Source: Candidatus Iainarchaeum sp.
GTDB taxonomy: Archaea; Iainarchaeota; Iainarchaeia; Iainarchaeales; JAFCCJ01
DNA: 14,790 bases
Assembly (NCBI GenBank): GCA_043816965.1
Contig: JBDRHK010000062.1
Span: 1-14,790 of the forward strand
Direction of reading: 5' to 3'
Shown one piece after another: positions 1 through 7,621 of this stretch. The notes below the pieces were generated by a model that was not told the origin of the DNA, did no database searches, and saw only the letters and a program-made list of their open reading frames with translations. The position numbers and the translations under genes were made by a program. Position 1 is the first letter of the stretch, and each line of letters begins with the position of its first letter.

Positions 1-183
1 GGGAAACTGGAGATTAAGCTGCCGAAGATTGACGCAAAAGAGATTGAGATTGTTAAGCAGATTTTCGGGAAGGCTGTTAAGGATAATGTCAAAGATGTGA
101 AAGAAGTCAAGTTCAGCGAGAAGAAGGGGAAGGAAGCGAAAGCCGATAAAAAAGCGGAAAAGGCTGGAAAGAAAGGAAAGTGA
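1..183 (+). CDS. 3' end of a gene entering the window; Lys-rich C-terminal tail; product unidentified
   Basis: Frame 1 is open from base 1 to TGA at 181-183: GKLEIKLPKIDAKEIEIVKQIFGKAVKDNVKDVKEVKFSEKKGKEAKADKKAEKAGKKGK*. Confidence 0.75.
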   Translation, partial: GKLEIKLPKIDAKEIEIVKQIFGKAVKDNVKDVKEVKFSEKKGKEAKADKKAEKAGKKGK

Positions 184-187
184 ATTT

Positions 188-631
188 GTGCCAGATGATA
201 AGCCAGTAATGTTAAACGAAAAGGAAGTATCTTTACTTCATGCAACGATAGGTCAGGGCCCAAAAGTAATAGTTGAAGAAAGGATCTCCGAGTTATTTGA
301 TTTGTCAGTTAAGATGGCTGGGCAAAAGCGTTTGAGATTTGAATCCCTAATGATTGGAACGATTATGACTCACCCAACTCTCGGAGCCGCCTCAAAAGCC
401 CTTTACTTGGAGAAGGCTGAAAGGAAAATTGCCGATAAACTGGAGATAAGAAAAATTGATGCAAGGGAATTAATCAAAAAGAGACTTTCCCTGGAAGGGG
501 ATAATAAACTTTTGAGCATATATAACTCGCCAGAGAAAAGGCGAAGAGACCATTCGAGAAAATTCATAAAAAAAAGAAGGAACGATGAATTCGGAAGGGG
601 AAGTAAAGCAAAAATAAAACGGAAATATTAG
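188..631 (+). CDS. Hypothetical basic protein (ORFan) with K/R-rich C-terminus
   Basis: 147-aa ORF with a GTG start 4 nt after the upstream stop (alternative ATG at 209). C-terminus ...EKRRRDHSRKFIKKRR...KAKIKRKY. No recognisable family. Confidence 0.65.
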   Translation: MPDDKPVMLNEKEVSLLHATIGQGPKVIVEERISELFDLSVKMAGQKRLRFESLMIGTIMTHPTLGAASKALYLEKAERKIADKLEIRKIDARELIKKRLSLEGDNKLLSIYNSPEKRRRDHSRKFIKKRRNDEFGRGSKAKIKRKY

Positions 632-645
632 CTAAAAAGAAGAAA

Positions 646-655
646 TAAATACTAG
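646..655 (+). promoter_or_regulatory. TATA-like promoter TAAATACTAG, probably leaderless transcript
   Basis: Starts 28 nt before ATG 674. The identical 10-mer lies at 5066-5075, also 28 nt before an ATG. Confidence 0.6.
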
Positions 656-673
656 TTCTGGGTTATCTTTCTT

Positions 674-1285
674 ATGGCTTCGGCAAAGAGGAAACTCGAT
701 ATTGTTGGCGACCATGCCAGAACAAGGGAACTGAATGCAAAGGAAAAAAGGCTCTTTAAGGGCCGGCCGAGAATGGTTGCCAGGGTTTCCAAAAAGAAAT
801 TAATGCCGGTTTACAGTGCCGCAATGACTGTGGCAAACCTGCTTTACCCGAAAAACTTCCCTGAAATGATTGCAAGCAAAAGGGGTAAGAGTGGCATGGC
901 AAGGACAACATATGCAAATAGGGTTTTTATAGGCAGGGAGGACCAAGCAAATATTGAAACATATTACACAACCAAGAATGAGAAATTTAAAGAAAGCATG
1001 AAAGAGCTTGATCCTGGCGCGAAAAAATTGTGTGATAAGATTTTCCTTGAAAGTGGCATCCATCTCAACCGCAAAAAAATGAATGTCGGGCGAATTGCGA
1101 ACAGGGATTTAGTTTCATTTGAGGTTGCATTTGTAAAAATTCCGCGCCTGCGTGATTTTATCAAAAGAATGCCCTTTGGAATAAAAAGGAAACAGGCCAC
1201 AAGGCTTCTGAAAGTGATAGAAGAATATGCCAATGAAAATCCTGACCTTGTGGATAAATATGGCCAAATAATGACGCATAGCTAA
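674..1285 (+). CDS. Hypothetical basic protein (ORFan)
   Basis: 203-aa ORF with ATG start and its own TATA motif. K/R-rich N-terminus MASAKRK...KRLFKGRPR. No recognisable family. Confidence 0.75.
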   Translation: MASAKRKLDIVGDHARTRELNAKEKRLFKGRPRMVARVSKKKLMPVYSAAMTVANLLYPKNFPEMIASKRGKSGMARTTYANRVFIGREDQANIETYYTTKNEKFKESMKELDPGAKKLCDKIFLESGIHLNRKKMNVGRIANRDLVSFEVAFVKIPRLRDFIKRMPFGIKRKQATRLLKVIEEYANENPDLVDKYGQIMTHS

Positions 1286-1351
1286 GACATAATCCCAGAT
1301 AGCCTCTAAAAAATGGCCTCTTCGGGTTTCCGTTTTCCCGCCAAAGTTTCC

Positions 1352-1408
1352 TTTATAAACCTTTATTATGGGAAATATTACAGGCTTAACCAACTGATTT
1401 TATTGGTG
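1352..1408 (+). promoter_or_regulatory. TATA box (TTTATAAA 1352-1359) and GGTG Shine-Dalgarno (1405-1408) of psmB
   Basis: Canonical archaeal TATA about 60 nt upstream of ATG 1414, with GGTG 5 nt before the ATG; implies a short leader. Confidence 0.6.
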
Positions 1409-1413
1409 TTTTA

Positions 1414-2064
1414 ATGGTAAATGATTTAAAGACAGGCACTACTACTGCAGGATTAAAGACAGCTGATGCCGTTGTTTTGGCGGCGGATATGAGAGCTTCA
1501 ATGGGGCATATTGCCTATGAGGAAGAGGCTGAAAAGCTGTACAAGATAACGGATTATATGGGTGTTACAAACGCAGGAAATGTCGGGGATTCACTTACAA
1601 TTATTCGCTTCTTGAGGAGCCAGGCAAAGCTCTATGAGATGGAGAGAAAGGAGCATATGACTGTTAAGGGCGCGGCAACACTTTTGTCAAATATTTTAAA
1701 CGCAAACAGGCACTATCCTTTCATTGTCCAGCTTATTGTTGGCGGAATGAACAACAAGCCTGAACTTTTTGAGGTTACCCCTTTTGGCGGGGTTCTCGAC
1801 AGGAAGAGATATGCGGTTTCAGGTTCAGGAACAGAATCGGCATTAACTGTTCTGGATCAGGGTTACAGGTCAGAAATGACTGAAGAGGAAGGAATTGCTT
1901 TGGCGATTAATGCAATTGAGGCAGGGAAGAAGAGGGACATTTATTCCGGCGGAAAGTCTGTGTCAGTGATGGTTATTGACAAGAAAGGGGCAAGGATGCT
2001 TTCTGAGAAGGAAGTTGATGTTCACCTCAAGAAGAAAGAAAAACTGAAATCTGACGCTAAATAA
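1414..2064 (+). CDS. psmB: 20S proteasome beta subunit (Ntn hydrolase)
   Basis: Short propeptide MVNDLKTG followed by catalytic TTT, then VVLAADMRASMG, EAEKLYKI (Lys33 region), AGNVGD, GSG and RDIYSGG. Directly upstream of aCPSF1, a known archaeal gene pair. Confidence 0.97.
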   Translation: MVNDLKTGTTTAGLKTADAVVLAADMRASMGHIAYEEEAEKLYKITDYMGVTNAGNVGDSLTIIRFLRSQAKLYEMERKEHMTVKGAATLLSNILNANRHYPFIVQLIVGGMNNKPELFEVTPFGGVLDRKRYAVSGSGTESALTVLDQGYRSEMTEEEGIALAINAIEAGKKRDIYSGGKSVSVMVIDKKGARMLSEKEVDVHLKKKEKLKSDAK

Positions 2065-2146
2065 ATCTGAAAAATATTGCCTTTGAAATTTTCTGGTTTC
2101 TTTTAGGCTCATAAGAAATCAGGCTAAAATAAAATGGTGTAATCTA

Positions 2147-4042
2147 ATGGAATATGACTATCTAAAGGAAATAAAAGAGACTATAAATTCCAGCCTTCCG
2201 GCTGAAACACAAATCACCAATGTTGAGATGTGGGGGCCAGAAGTTGCTATTTACACAAAAAACCCATCTTCATTTTTCGATAACGAAAATTATGTGGCTA
2301 AAATTGCCTTTGAGCTGAAGAAGAGGGTTAATATCCGCGCAGATAAGTCATTGCTTATTGAGCATGACCTGGCAAAGGAAAAAATTCTAAAGATAATTCC
2401 TGAAGATGCGGGGATTAAGGAAATTTATTTCAACGATGCCTTTTCAGAGGTTGTTATTGAGGCCCTGAAGCCTGGACTGGTTATAGGCAAGGGCGGAGAG
2501 ACCAGCAAGCAGATATCAAGGGAGACTGGCTGGACCGCAACCAATATCCGCGCACCGACAAGCGATTCCGAAATATTGAAGGGCATAAGGCATCATTTGC
2601 ATAAATACGCCGGGGAAAGAAAAAAGATTCTCCAGGAAACCGCAAACAAAATCTACGGGGAGAAGATTGATGATAACAGCTGGGTTAGGTTAAGCGCTTT
2701 GGGCGGGTTCAGGGAGGTGGGCAGGAGCTGCATGCTTGTTGAGACCAAGTCAACAAAGGTAATGCTTGATTGCGGGGTAAATGTCGCAAACCCTGATGAG
2801 AGATTCCCCTATCTTGAATCATTAAGGTTCCCTGTAAATGAGATTGATGCAATCGTCATAAGCCATGCCCATTTGGACCATTCAGGGTTTTTGCCCTATT
2901 TGTTCAAGCTTGGTTATAGGGGGCCTGTTTACTGTACCCTGCCCACTAGGGATTTGATGACCCTTCTGCAGTTTGATTATATTGATGTTTTGGTGAAAGA
3001 GAGAAAGGAACCCCCTTACAGCGAGAGGGATGTGAAGGAAACTTTGAAACACTGCATCACCAGGGATTACAGGGAAGTTACAGATATTGCGCCTGACATG
3101 AGACTAACCCTCCATAACGCAGCACATATCCTTGGCTCATCCTCAATTCATCTGCATATTGGGGAGGGAGCCCATAATCTGGTTTATACCGGGGATTTAA
3201 AATTTGGCTTTACCCGTTTGTTCAACAACGCAGATGTAAGGTATCCGCGCCTGGAAACCCTGATAATTGAATCAACCTATGGTGCAAGGGATGATATCCA
3301 GCCCCAGAGGCAGGATGCTGAGGACAAGCTTCTAAGGGTTATTAACGAAACAGTCAAGCAGGGGGGCAATGTCCTTATCCCTGTATTTTCTGTTGGAAGG
3401 GCGCAGGAAATCCTGCTTGTTATTGAGAATTTTTACAGGAATGGCGTGCTTGATGCAAGAGTTTTTGTTGATGGCATGACTAAAGAAGCATCTGCAATCC
3501 ACACCGCATATCCTGAGTATCTGAGGAAGGGTGTGCAGAGAAGAATTTTGCAGAATGACTCCCCTTTTACCTCTGATTTGTTCCAGGTTGCAAATGGCAA
3601 AGACAGGGATAAAATCGCCGAGGGTGAGGGGTCAATTATAATGGCATCAAGTGGCATGCTGACAGGCGGCCCATCAGTACACTATCTGCATAAGCTTGCC
3701 GAGGACCCTAAAAACTGCCTGATATTCGTTGGCTACCAGGGAGAGGGATCAACAGGAAGGAAATTGCAGTCAGGAATCAGTGCACTGCCCATTACTTCAG
3801 AAAATGGGAGGGCGAGGGAGCTGAAAATAAACATGAGGGTTGAGACAATTGAGGGCTTTTCAGGGCATTCTGACAGGGCGCAATTGGTCGCATATATCAG
3901 GAACCTTAAGCCAAAGCCAAAGAAAGTGCTGGTTAATCACGGGGATAAGTTTAAGACATTGGAGTTTGGCAAGTTCATCTCCAGCAAATTCAAGATAAAT
4001 ACCTCAGTTATGAGGAATTTGGATGCGTTGAGGTTGAGGTAA
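2147..4042 (+). CDS. aCPSF1: aCPSF1 (FttA) KH-domain metallo-beta-lactamase/beta-CASP ribonuclease, transcription termination factor
   Basis: 631 aa. N-terminal KH region (KPGLVIGKGG), LGGFREVGRSC, LDCG, SHAHLDH, AAHILGS, YTGD, ESTYG, SSGMLTGG, GFSGHSD, NHG, C-terminal NLDALRLR. GGTG SD at 2136-2139. Confidence 0.97.
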   Translation: MEYDYLKEIKETINSSLPAETQITNVEMWGPEVAIYTKNPSSFFDNENYVAKIAFELKKRVNIRADKSLLIEHDLAKEKILKIIPEDAGIKEIYFNDAFSEVVIEALKPGLVIGKGGETSKQISRETGWTATNIRAPTSDSEILKGIRHHLHKYAGERKKILQETANKIYGEKIDDNSWVRLSALGGFREVGRSCMLVETKSTKVMLDCGVNVANPDERFPYLESLRFPVNEIDAIVISHAHLDHSGFLPYLFKLGYRGPVYCTLPTRDLMTLLQFDYIDVLVKERKEPPYSERDVKETLKHCITRDYREVTDIAPDMRLTLHNAAHILGSSSIHLHIGEGAHNLVYTGDLKFGFTRLFNNADVRYPRLETLIIESTYGARDDIQPQRQDAEDKLLRVINETVKQGGNVLIPVFSVGRAQEILLVIENFYRNGVLDARVFVDGMTKEASAIHTAYPEYLRKGVQRRILQNDSPFTSDLFQVANGKDRDKIAEGEGSIIMASSGMLTGGPSVHYLHKLAEDPKNCLIFVGYQGEGSTGRKLQSGISALPITSENGRARELKINMRVETIEGFSGHSDRAQLVAYIRNLKPKPKKVLVNHGDKFKTLEFGKFISSKFKINTSVMRNLDALRLR

Positions 4043-4047
4043 AATAT

Positions 4048-4057
4048 TATATACTTC
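4048..4057 (+). promoter_or_regulatory. TATA-like promoter TATATACTTC, probably leaderless transcript
   Basis: Starts 28 nt before ATG 4076, the same register as the motifs at 646 and 5066. Confidence 0.55.
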
Positions 4058-4075
4058 AGGCTACTTATTATTCTA

Positions 4076-4528
4076 ATGCGACCAAAGGGAAGGAGATTTG
4101 GAAATATACGCCAAATTAAAAAAGATAGATCTGGTGGAACAGGGAGACCCCATGGACTTTCAAAACATTTGAAAGAAAGAGATGAGAAAATCTCGAAAAT
4201 TCGGGAGAAATTTTCGGAGTGGGAAAAAATTCTTCCTGAGTTAAATGAAGTGAGGTATATAGAAAGGATTGCTGATAAAAAAAGGGCAAATGAATTTACA
4301 GCAAAGGAAAAAAAAGATAGCCAGATTTGGGTCAAGAGGATAGTAACTGAAGATATTTTAATGAAGGAATTAAAAGGAAGCCTCAAGCACTTGCTAGATA
4401 ATTCAAACCGTTTTGAGCTTACGGGAGAAAAATACGTGGCGATACAGGAAATGATTAAGATGCTGAATAACCCTGAAAGGGCCAATACACAAGAGATTCT
4501 TCGCAAGATTGATTCTTTGGCTAATTAA
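4076..4528 (+). CDS. Hypothetical protein (ORFan) with basic N-terminus and helical charged body
   Basis: 150-aa ORF starting MRPKGRRFGNIRQIKK; own TATA motif; T-rich tract downstream. Confidence 0.75.
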   Translation: MRPKGRRFGNIRQIKKDRSGGTGRPHGLSKHLKERDEKISKIREKFSEWEKILPELNEVRYIERIADKKRANEFTAKEKKDSQIWVKRIVTEDILMKELKGSLKHLLDNSNRFELTGEKYVAIQEMIKMLNNPERANTQEILRKIDSLAN

Positions 4529-4571
4529 AGCACTTAAGTTAGTATAAAAATTTCCTAATTTTATCAACAAA

Positions 4572-4603
4572 TTCTTTCTTTTTCTAAAATATTATTTCTT
4601 TTT
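4572..4603 (+). terminator. Oligo-T tracts, probable archaeal terminator region
   Basis: TTCTTTCTTTTTCT...TTTCTTTTT about 45-75 nt after the stop of 4076..4528. Confidence 0.45.
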
Positions 4604-4609
4604 AACCTA

Positions 4610-4742
4610 AATCTACATAACTGCCATTTTTCATATTTTCCGGCTGAGATTTTCCGCAGGAAAAAGAGCTAATCTACATAAGTAAAAAAACTTTATAGCC
4701 CTCTATTTTAGGAATAAAACCCTGAAATTCGACTATACATAA
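4610..4742. repeat. Three 11-bp motifs A[AC]T[CA]TACATAA at exact 61-bp spacing
   Basis: AATCTACATAA at 4610-4620, AATCTACATAA at 4671-4681, ACTATACATAA at 4732-4742. Confidence 0.6.
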
Positions 4743-4825
4743 AATAAAGCCCTGTACGCCCTTCTTTTTCCGAAAAGTATTTATACTACTTAGTGTATTG
4801 TATTAGTGTTTCAAGGTGTTGCACT

Positions 4826-4981
4826 ATGGTTGAATATGTATCGGGTAATAGGCTCATCAGACGAAATGAGGAACTAGATCTGGAGCAGAAAGCGACCGAT
4901 CTATGCGATGTCTTGGACAAGGGCGGGGTGAAGGTGCAGGACTCACAGCCGGCACTTTCGAAAAAAATTTTGAAGAAATAA
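4826..4981 (+). CDS. Small hypothetical protein, 51 aa (MVEYVSGNRLIRRNEELDLEQK...)
   Basis: ATG 4826 is preceded by a GGTG SD (4815-4818) and a TATA-like TTTATAC at 4780-4786, so it is a better start than the track's GTG at 4793. Confidence 0.55.
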   Translation: MVEYVSGNRLIRRNEELDLEQKATDLCDVLDKGGVKVQDSQPALSKKILKK

Positions 4982-5065
4982 GAGACAGAAAAGGCGTTAG
5001 AACTCTTTTATTCACCCCTTCGAAACCCCCCGCCCTGCTAATTTTTGCCAGGGTTTAGGCAGGTT

Positions 5066-5075
5066 TAAATACTAG
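5066..5075 (+). promoter_or_regulatory. TATA-like promoter TAAATACTAG, probably leaderless transcript
   Basis: Starts 28 nt before ATG 5094; identical to 646-655. Confidence 0.6.
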
Positions 5076-5083
5076 GCTGCGAT

Positions 5084-5155
5084 TTGTTTTATTATGGTGA
5101 GACCAAAGAAAAATGCTGATTGTTTTATTATGACAAGACCAAGGAAAAAAGCAGA
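5084..5155 (+). repeat. 36-bp in-frame tandem duplication spanning a start codon
   Basis: TTGTTTTATTATGGTGAGACCAAAGAAAAATGCTGA (5084-5119) and TTGTTTTATTATGACAAGACCAAGGAAAAAAGCAGA (5120-5155); 30/36 identical. Confidence 0.9.
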
Positions 5156-5558
5156 AGCCAAAGTTGAAAAACCTAGGCCAATTAGGCGCGTAAGAACTGA
5201 GAAGGAAGAGACTATCCTAGTTGATAGGCATCTCCCTAAAGGAGATAAGGATGCGCGAGAAGCATTCGGTAAAAGGAAAGGAGTTTGGATTTATCCCAGC
5301 AATACTGTCTATAAAAACACTACACTTTTTTTTGTGAGAGGCTCAGGTAAAGTTCCAATGGGGGCAAAAAAAGTTGGTTATGTGGAGGGTGCAGGGCATT
5401 ATTACAATCCCAATCATAAAGCAGCAGGCAGGGAGAATGCCCCTGTTTTTATCGCCAGGAGGGGCGGTGAAAGGACCGCATCCCAGATAGGGCGGGAATC
5501 TGTTGCAAAAAGGAAGGCAGCTGCAAGGAAAGCTGCAAAGAAGAGGAAGAAGAAATAG
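5094..5558 (+). CDS. Hypothetical highly basic protein with Lys/Ala-rich (H1-like) tail; possible nucleic-acid-binding protein
   Basis: 154 aa (142 aa from the second ATG at 5130). Gly/aromatic core GVWIYP...LFFVRGSG...GHYYNP; ends AKRKAAARKAAKKRKKK. Confidence 0.75.
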   Translation: MVRPKKNADCFIMTRPRKKAEAKVEKPRPIRRVRTEKEETILVDRHLPKGDKDAREAFGKRKGVWIYPSNTVYKNTTLFFVRGSGKVPMGAKKVGYVEGAGHYYNPNHKAAGRENAPVFIARRGGERTASQIGRESVAKRKAAARKAAKKRKKK

Positions 5559-5604
5559 TTACTGATTCTAATAGTATTAAATATGAGTAAAACATCATAT
5601 TCTT

Positions 5605-5826
5605 GTGCCGAAACCTACATACGTGGTTCCTAGGAGAGAGGAACGGAGAAAGACCAAAAAGTTCCAGCCATTAACGTCCTCTGAACAGCCGGGAAAAAAT
5701 ATGTTGCGTGGCTTAACATCAGATATTAATAAATTGAATCCTAAACCCGAAATTTACAAAGATTTTGCTTCTGGGCGTGCCCGCTTTGAGGAAAGACGGG
5801 GAAAGGAAAAGAAAAAGCAATCCTGA
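5605..5826 (+). CDS. Small basic hypothetical protein
   Basis: 73 aa, GTG start, MPKPTYVVPRREERRKTKK. TAAATATGAG at 5578-5587 starts 27 nt before the start. Fills the gap before the kinase gene. Confidence 0.6.
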   Translation: MPKPTYVVPRREERRKTKKFQPLTSSEQPGKNMLRGLTSDINKLNPKPEIYKDFASGRARFEERRGKEKKKQS

Positions 5827-5865
5827 TTCCCCCCATTAAAAAGCATTTCCGCACATAATTCTGGG

Positions 5866-6357
5866 ATGAAATTGGCGATTACAGGCTCCCCTGGGGTGGG
5901 GAAAACAAGTGTTGGAAAGGCGCTTGCAAAGCATTACTCCCTTAAATTCTGGAATGAGAAGGATTTTGGTCTGAAGAAGGGGATTGGGAAATGGGATGAT
6001 GAGGAGAATGAACTGGTTGTTGATGAGAGGGAGCTGGAAAAGGCCTTAAATGAGGAATTTGCCAAGGAAAAGGATATTTTAGTGGAAGGGCACCTTATAT
6101 GTGAAACCAATCTGAAAGTGGATTATTTGATTCTACTTAGATGCGACCCTGAGCTGCTGGAAATGAGGCTGGAGAAAAGGGGATATAAGGCGGAAAAGGT
6201 GCAGGACAATGTTTTCTGCGAAGGGATTGATTACTGCAAAAAGCACGCTGAGAGGAATTATGCTGCAGGGAAAATCATTGAGGTTAATAGTGGGAAAACG
6301 CTTAAAGAAACAATGGGCATTATTATTACAGAGTTGGAGAAGAGGCTTGCCAAATGA
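5866..6357 (+). CDS. AK6/Fap7/CINAP-family adenylate kinase/ATPase
   Basis: P-loop ITGSPGVGKT, modified Walker B ILVEGH, and LRCDPELLEMRLEKRGY...KVQDNV typical of AK6. TATA-like TTAAAAAG at 5836. Confidence 0.9.
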   Translation: MKLAITGSPGVGKTSVGKALAKHYSLKFWNEKDFGLKKGIGKWDDEENELVVDERELEKALNEEFAKEKDILVEGHLICETNLKVDYLILLRCDPELLEMRLEKRGYKAEKVQDNVFCEGIDYCKKHAERNYAAGKIIEVNSGKTLKETMGIIITELEKRLAK

Positions 6358-7619
6358 AAAAGGTCTTATACATAATTTTGTTTTCTATTTTGATTAGCTC
6401 TGTTAGTGCTGAAATCCTCAATGAGAAGACTTTTTCAAGTTTAGGTTTTGAATCTTTGGTTACTGAAAGCCAGACCTGCATTGAGTGGCAGTTCAGGGAG
6501 AGCCATGATTTGAATTATGCCATTTATCCTGTCCTTTCTGTTCATGCAAAATTCTACCCTATTGTAAGCAATGAGGCCATGGTAAGGGTTCTCCTGAACG
6601 GGGAACTTATTGGAGATTATACGGCAAATGAGTTTTTGGGGGAAAGGATGAGAGTGGATTTGCCCTGGGAAAATATAACAGGGATTAATACCATAAAAAT
6701 ATGCCCAAAACCATCAAATGTTACCACTAAGATAGAGATACTAAATGATTCCACATTATCATATCTTCTTAAGCCTGATTTTTCAAAGGATGATTCTTTC
6801 CAGGAATCTTTGATTGGGGCTGCCCCTCTGTTGCTGGAGGAGACAACGGTAAGGGTTGTGCTCAGGAATTACGGGAGCAAAGATGCCGAAATAAATCTGC
6901 TCTGGAGGAAGGATTCATTGGAGGGGGAAACCCCTGAAATAGCCCTTGTTAAGGGGGATGTGGAACTTGATACTGTAATTCCAAAATGTGCGGAAAGGAA
7001 TGGGGGAAGCAAGTGCATTGTCCCTGGTGAGGGGCGATTTGATTATGTGATAAAGCCATTGAGGATTGGCGAGATGCGTTTGCTCCCGGCAGTTGCAACA
7101 TTTTACAATGATTTTAATGAGGAGATTTCGCTTGAGACTAACAGGCCGGAATTTACAGTTAAGGAACCTGAAATAAAAATTGAGGCATTTTTCACCAACA
7201 AAAGCGGGGTTTTGAAGGCAGGGGAAGAGACCGAAATCGGGGTATCAATTAAAAATACTGGGAAAAATACTTTGAATAATATCGATATTTATGTTAATGG
7301 AGGAAAAATTAATTCAAATAATGTGGAAATTAATAATGCTGAACTCATAATGATATTTGGCGAAAATAAATTTCACATTGATTCAATTGCCCCTGATTCA
7401 GTGAAAAGTTTTAGATTTAAGATGACCGGAGAAACACCGGGAATTTATTCCATGGTTTGCAATGTTATTTATGAAGATTACGATTCAGTGGAAACCGATT
7501 GTGCGCCCTTCACAATCGAATTCCAGGGGGATGAGATAAACCCTGCGATTATTGGCGGCGGGGCATTGCTAATACTTGCGCTTGTTGTTTTTGTATATAT
7601 CTGGACAAGGAAGGGTTGA
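6354..7619 (+). CDS. Secreted, C-terminally membrane-anchored surface protein with beta-sandwich/Ig-like (CARDB/BatD/S-layer-like) domains
   Basis: Signal peptide MKKVLYIILFSILISSVSA; Ig-like motifs VRVVLRNYG and IGVSIKNTG...LNNI; C-terminal TM IIGGGALLILALVVFVYIW followed by TRKG. ATGA overlap with the kinase gene. Confidence 0.8.
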   Translation: MKKVLYIILFSILISSVSAEILNEKTFSSLGFESLVTESQTCIEWQFRESHDLNYAIYPVLSVHAKFYPIVSNEAMVRVLLNGELIGDYTANEFLGERMRVDLPWENITGINTIKICPKPSNVTTKIEILNDSTLSYLLKPDFSKDDSFQESLIGAAPLLLEETTVRVVLRNYGSKDAEINLLWRKDSLEGETPEIALVKGDVELDTVIPKCAERNGGSKCIVPGEGRFDYVIKPLRIGEMRLLPAVATFYNDFNEEISLETNRPEFTVKEPEIKIEAFFTNKSGVLKAGEETEIGVSIKNTGKNTLNNIDIYVNGGKINSNNVEINNAELIMIFGENKFHIDSIAPDSVKSFRFKMTGETPGIYSMVCNVIYEDYDSVETDCAPFTIEFQGDEINPAIIGGGALLILALVVFVYIWTRKG

Positions 7620-7621
7620 GG

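Noticed and set aside
1..183. Possible identity of the truncated first gene (Hsp20-like GKLEIKLPK, or the MetRS C-terminal LFxKI...EI region)
   Set aside because: Only 60 low-complexity residues are visible, and both resemblances are too short to choose or support a name.
800..1393. Minus-strand ORFs 800..1063, 964..1233 and 1115..1393
   Set aside because: Antisense shadows of the 203-aa plus-strand ORF and the psmB promoter, with F/L/S-rich composition typical of reversed A-rich coding sequence.
2075..2313. 11-bp match ATTGCCTTTGA in the psmB-aCPSF1 spacer and inside aCPSF1
   Set aside because: A single match of this length is expected by chance in an AT-rich 15-kb window.
4076..4110. Twin-arginine (Tat) signal in MRPKGRRFG
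   Set aside because: No hydrophobic h-region follows the RR.
3433..4506. Minus-strand ORFs 3433..3657 and 3937..4506
   Set aside because: They overlap aCPSF1 and the 4076 ORF on the opposite strand; shadow ORFs.
4529..4790. CRISPR array or replication origin in the AT-rich gap
   Set aside because: Repeats are only 11 bp in three copies with no cas genes. No ORB-like TTCCAGTGGAAAC/G-string motif and no cdc6/orc1 gene in the window.
4808..4960. Hammerhead ribozyme core CTGATGAG on the minus strand (4853-4860), and a similar plus-strand CTGATGAG near 7818
   Set aside because: No stem II closing onto C-GAAA can be formed in either case.
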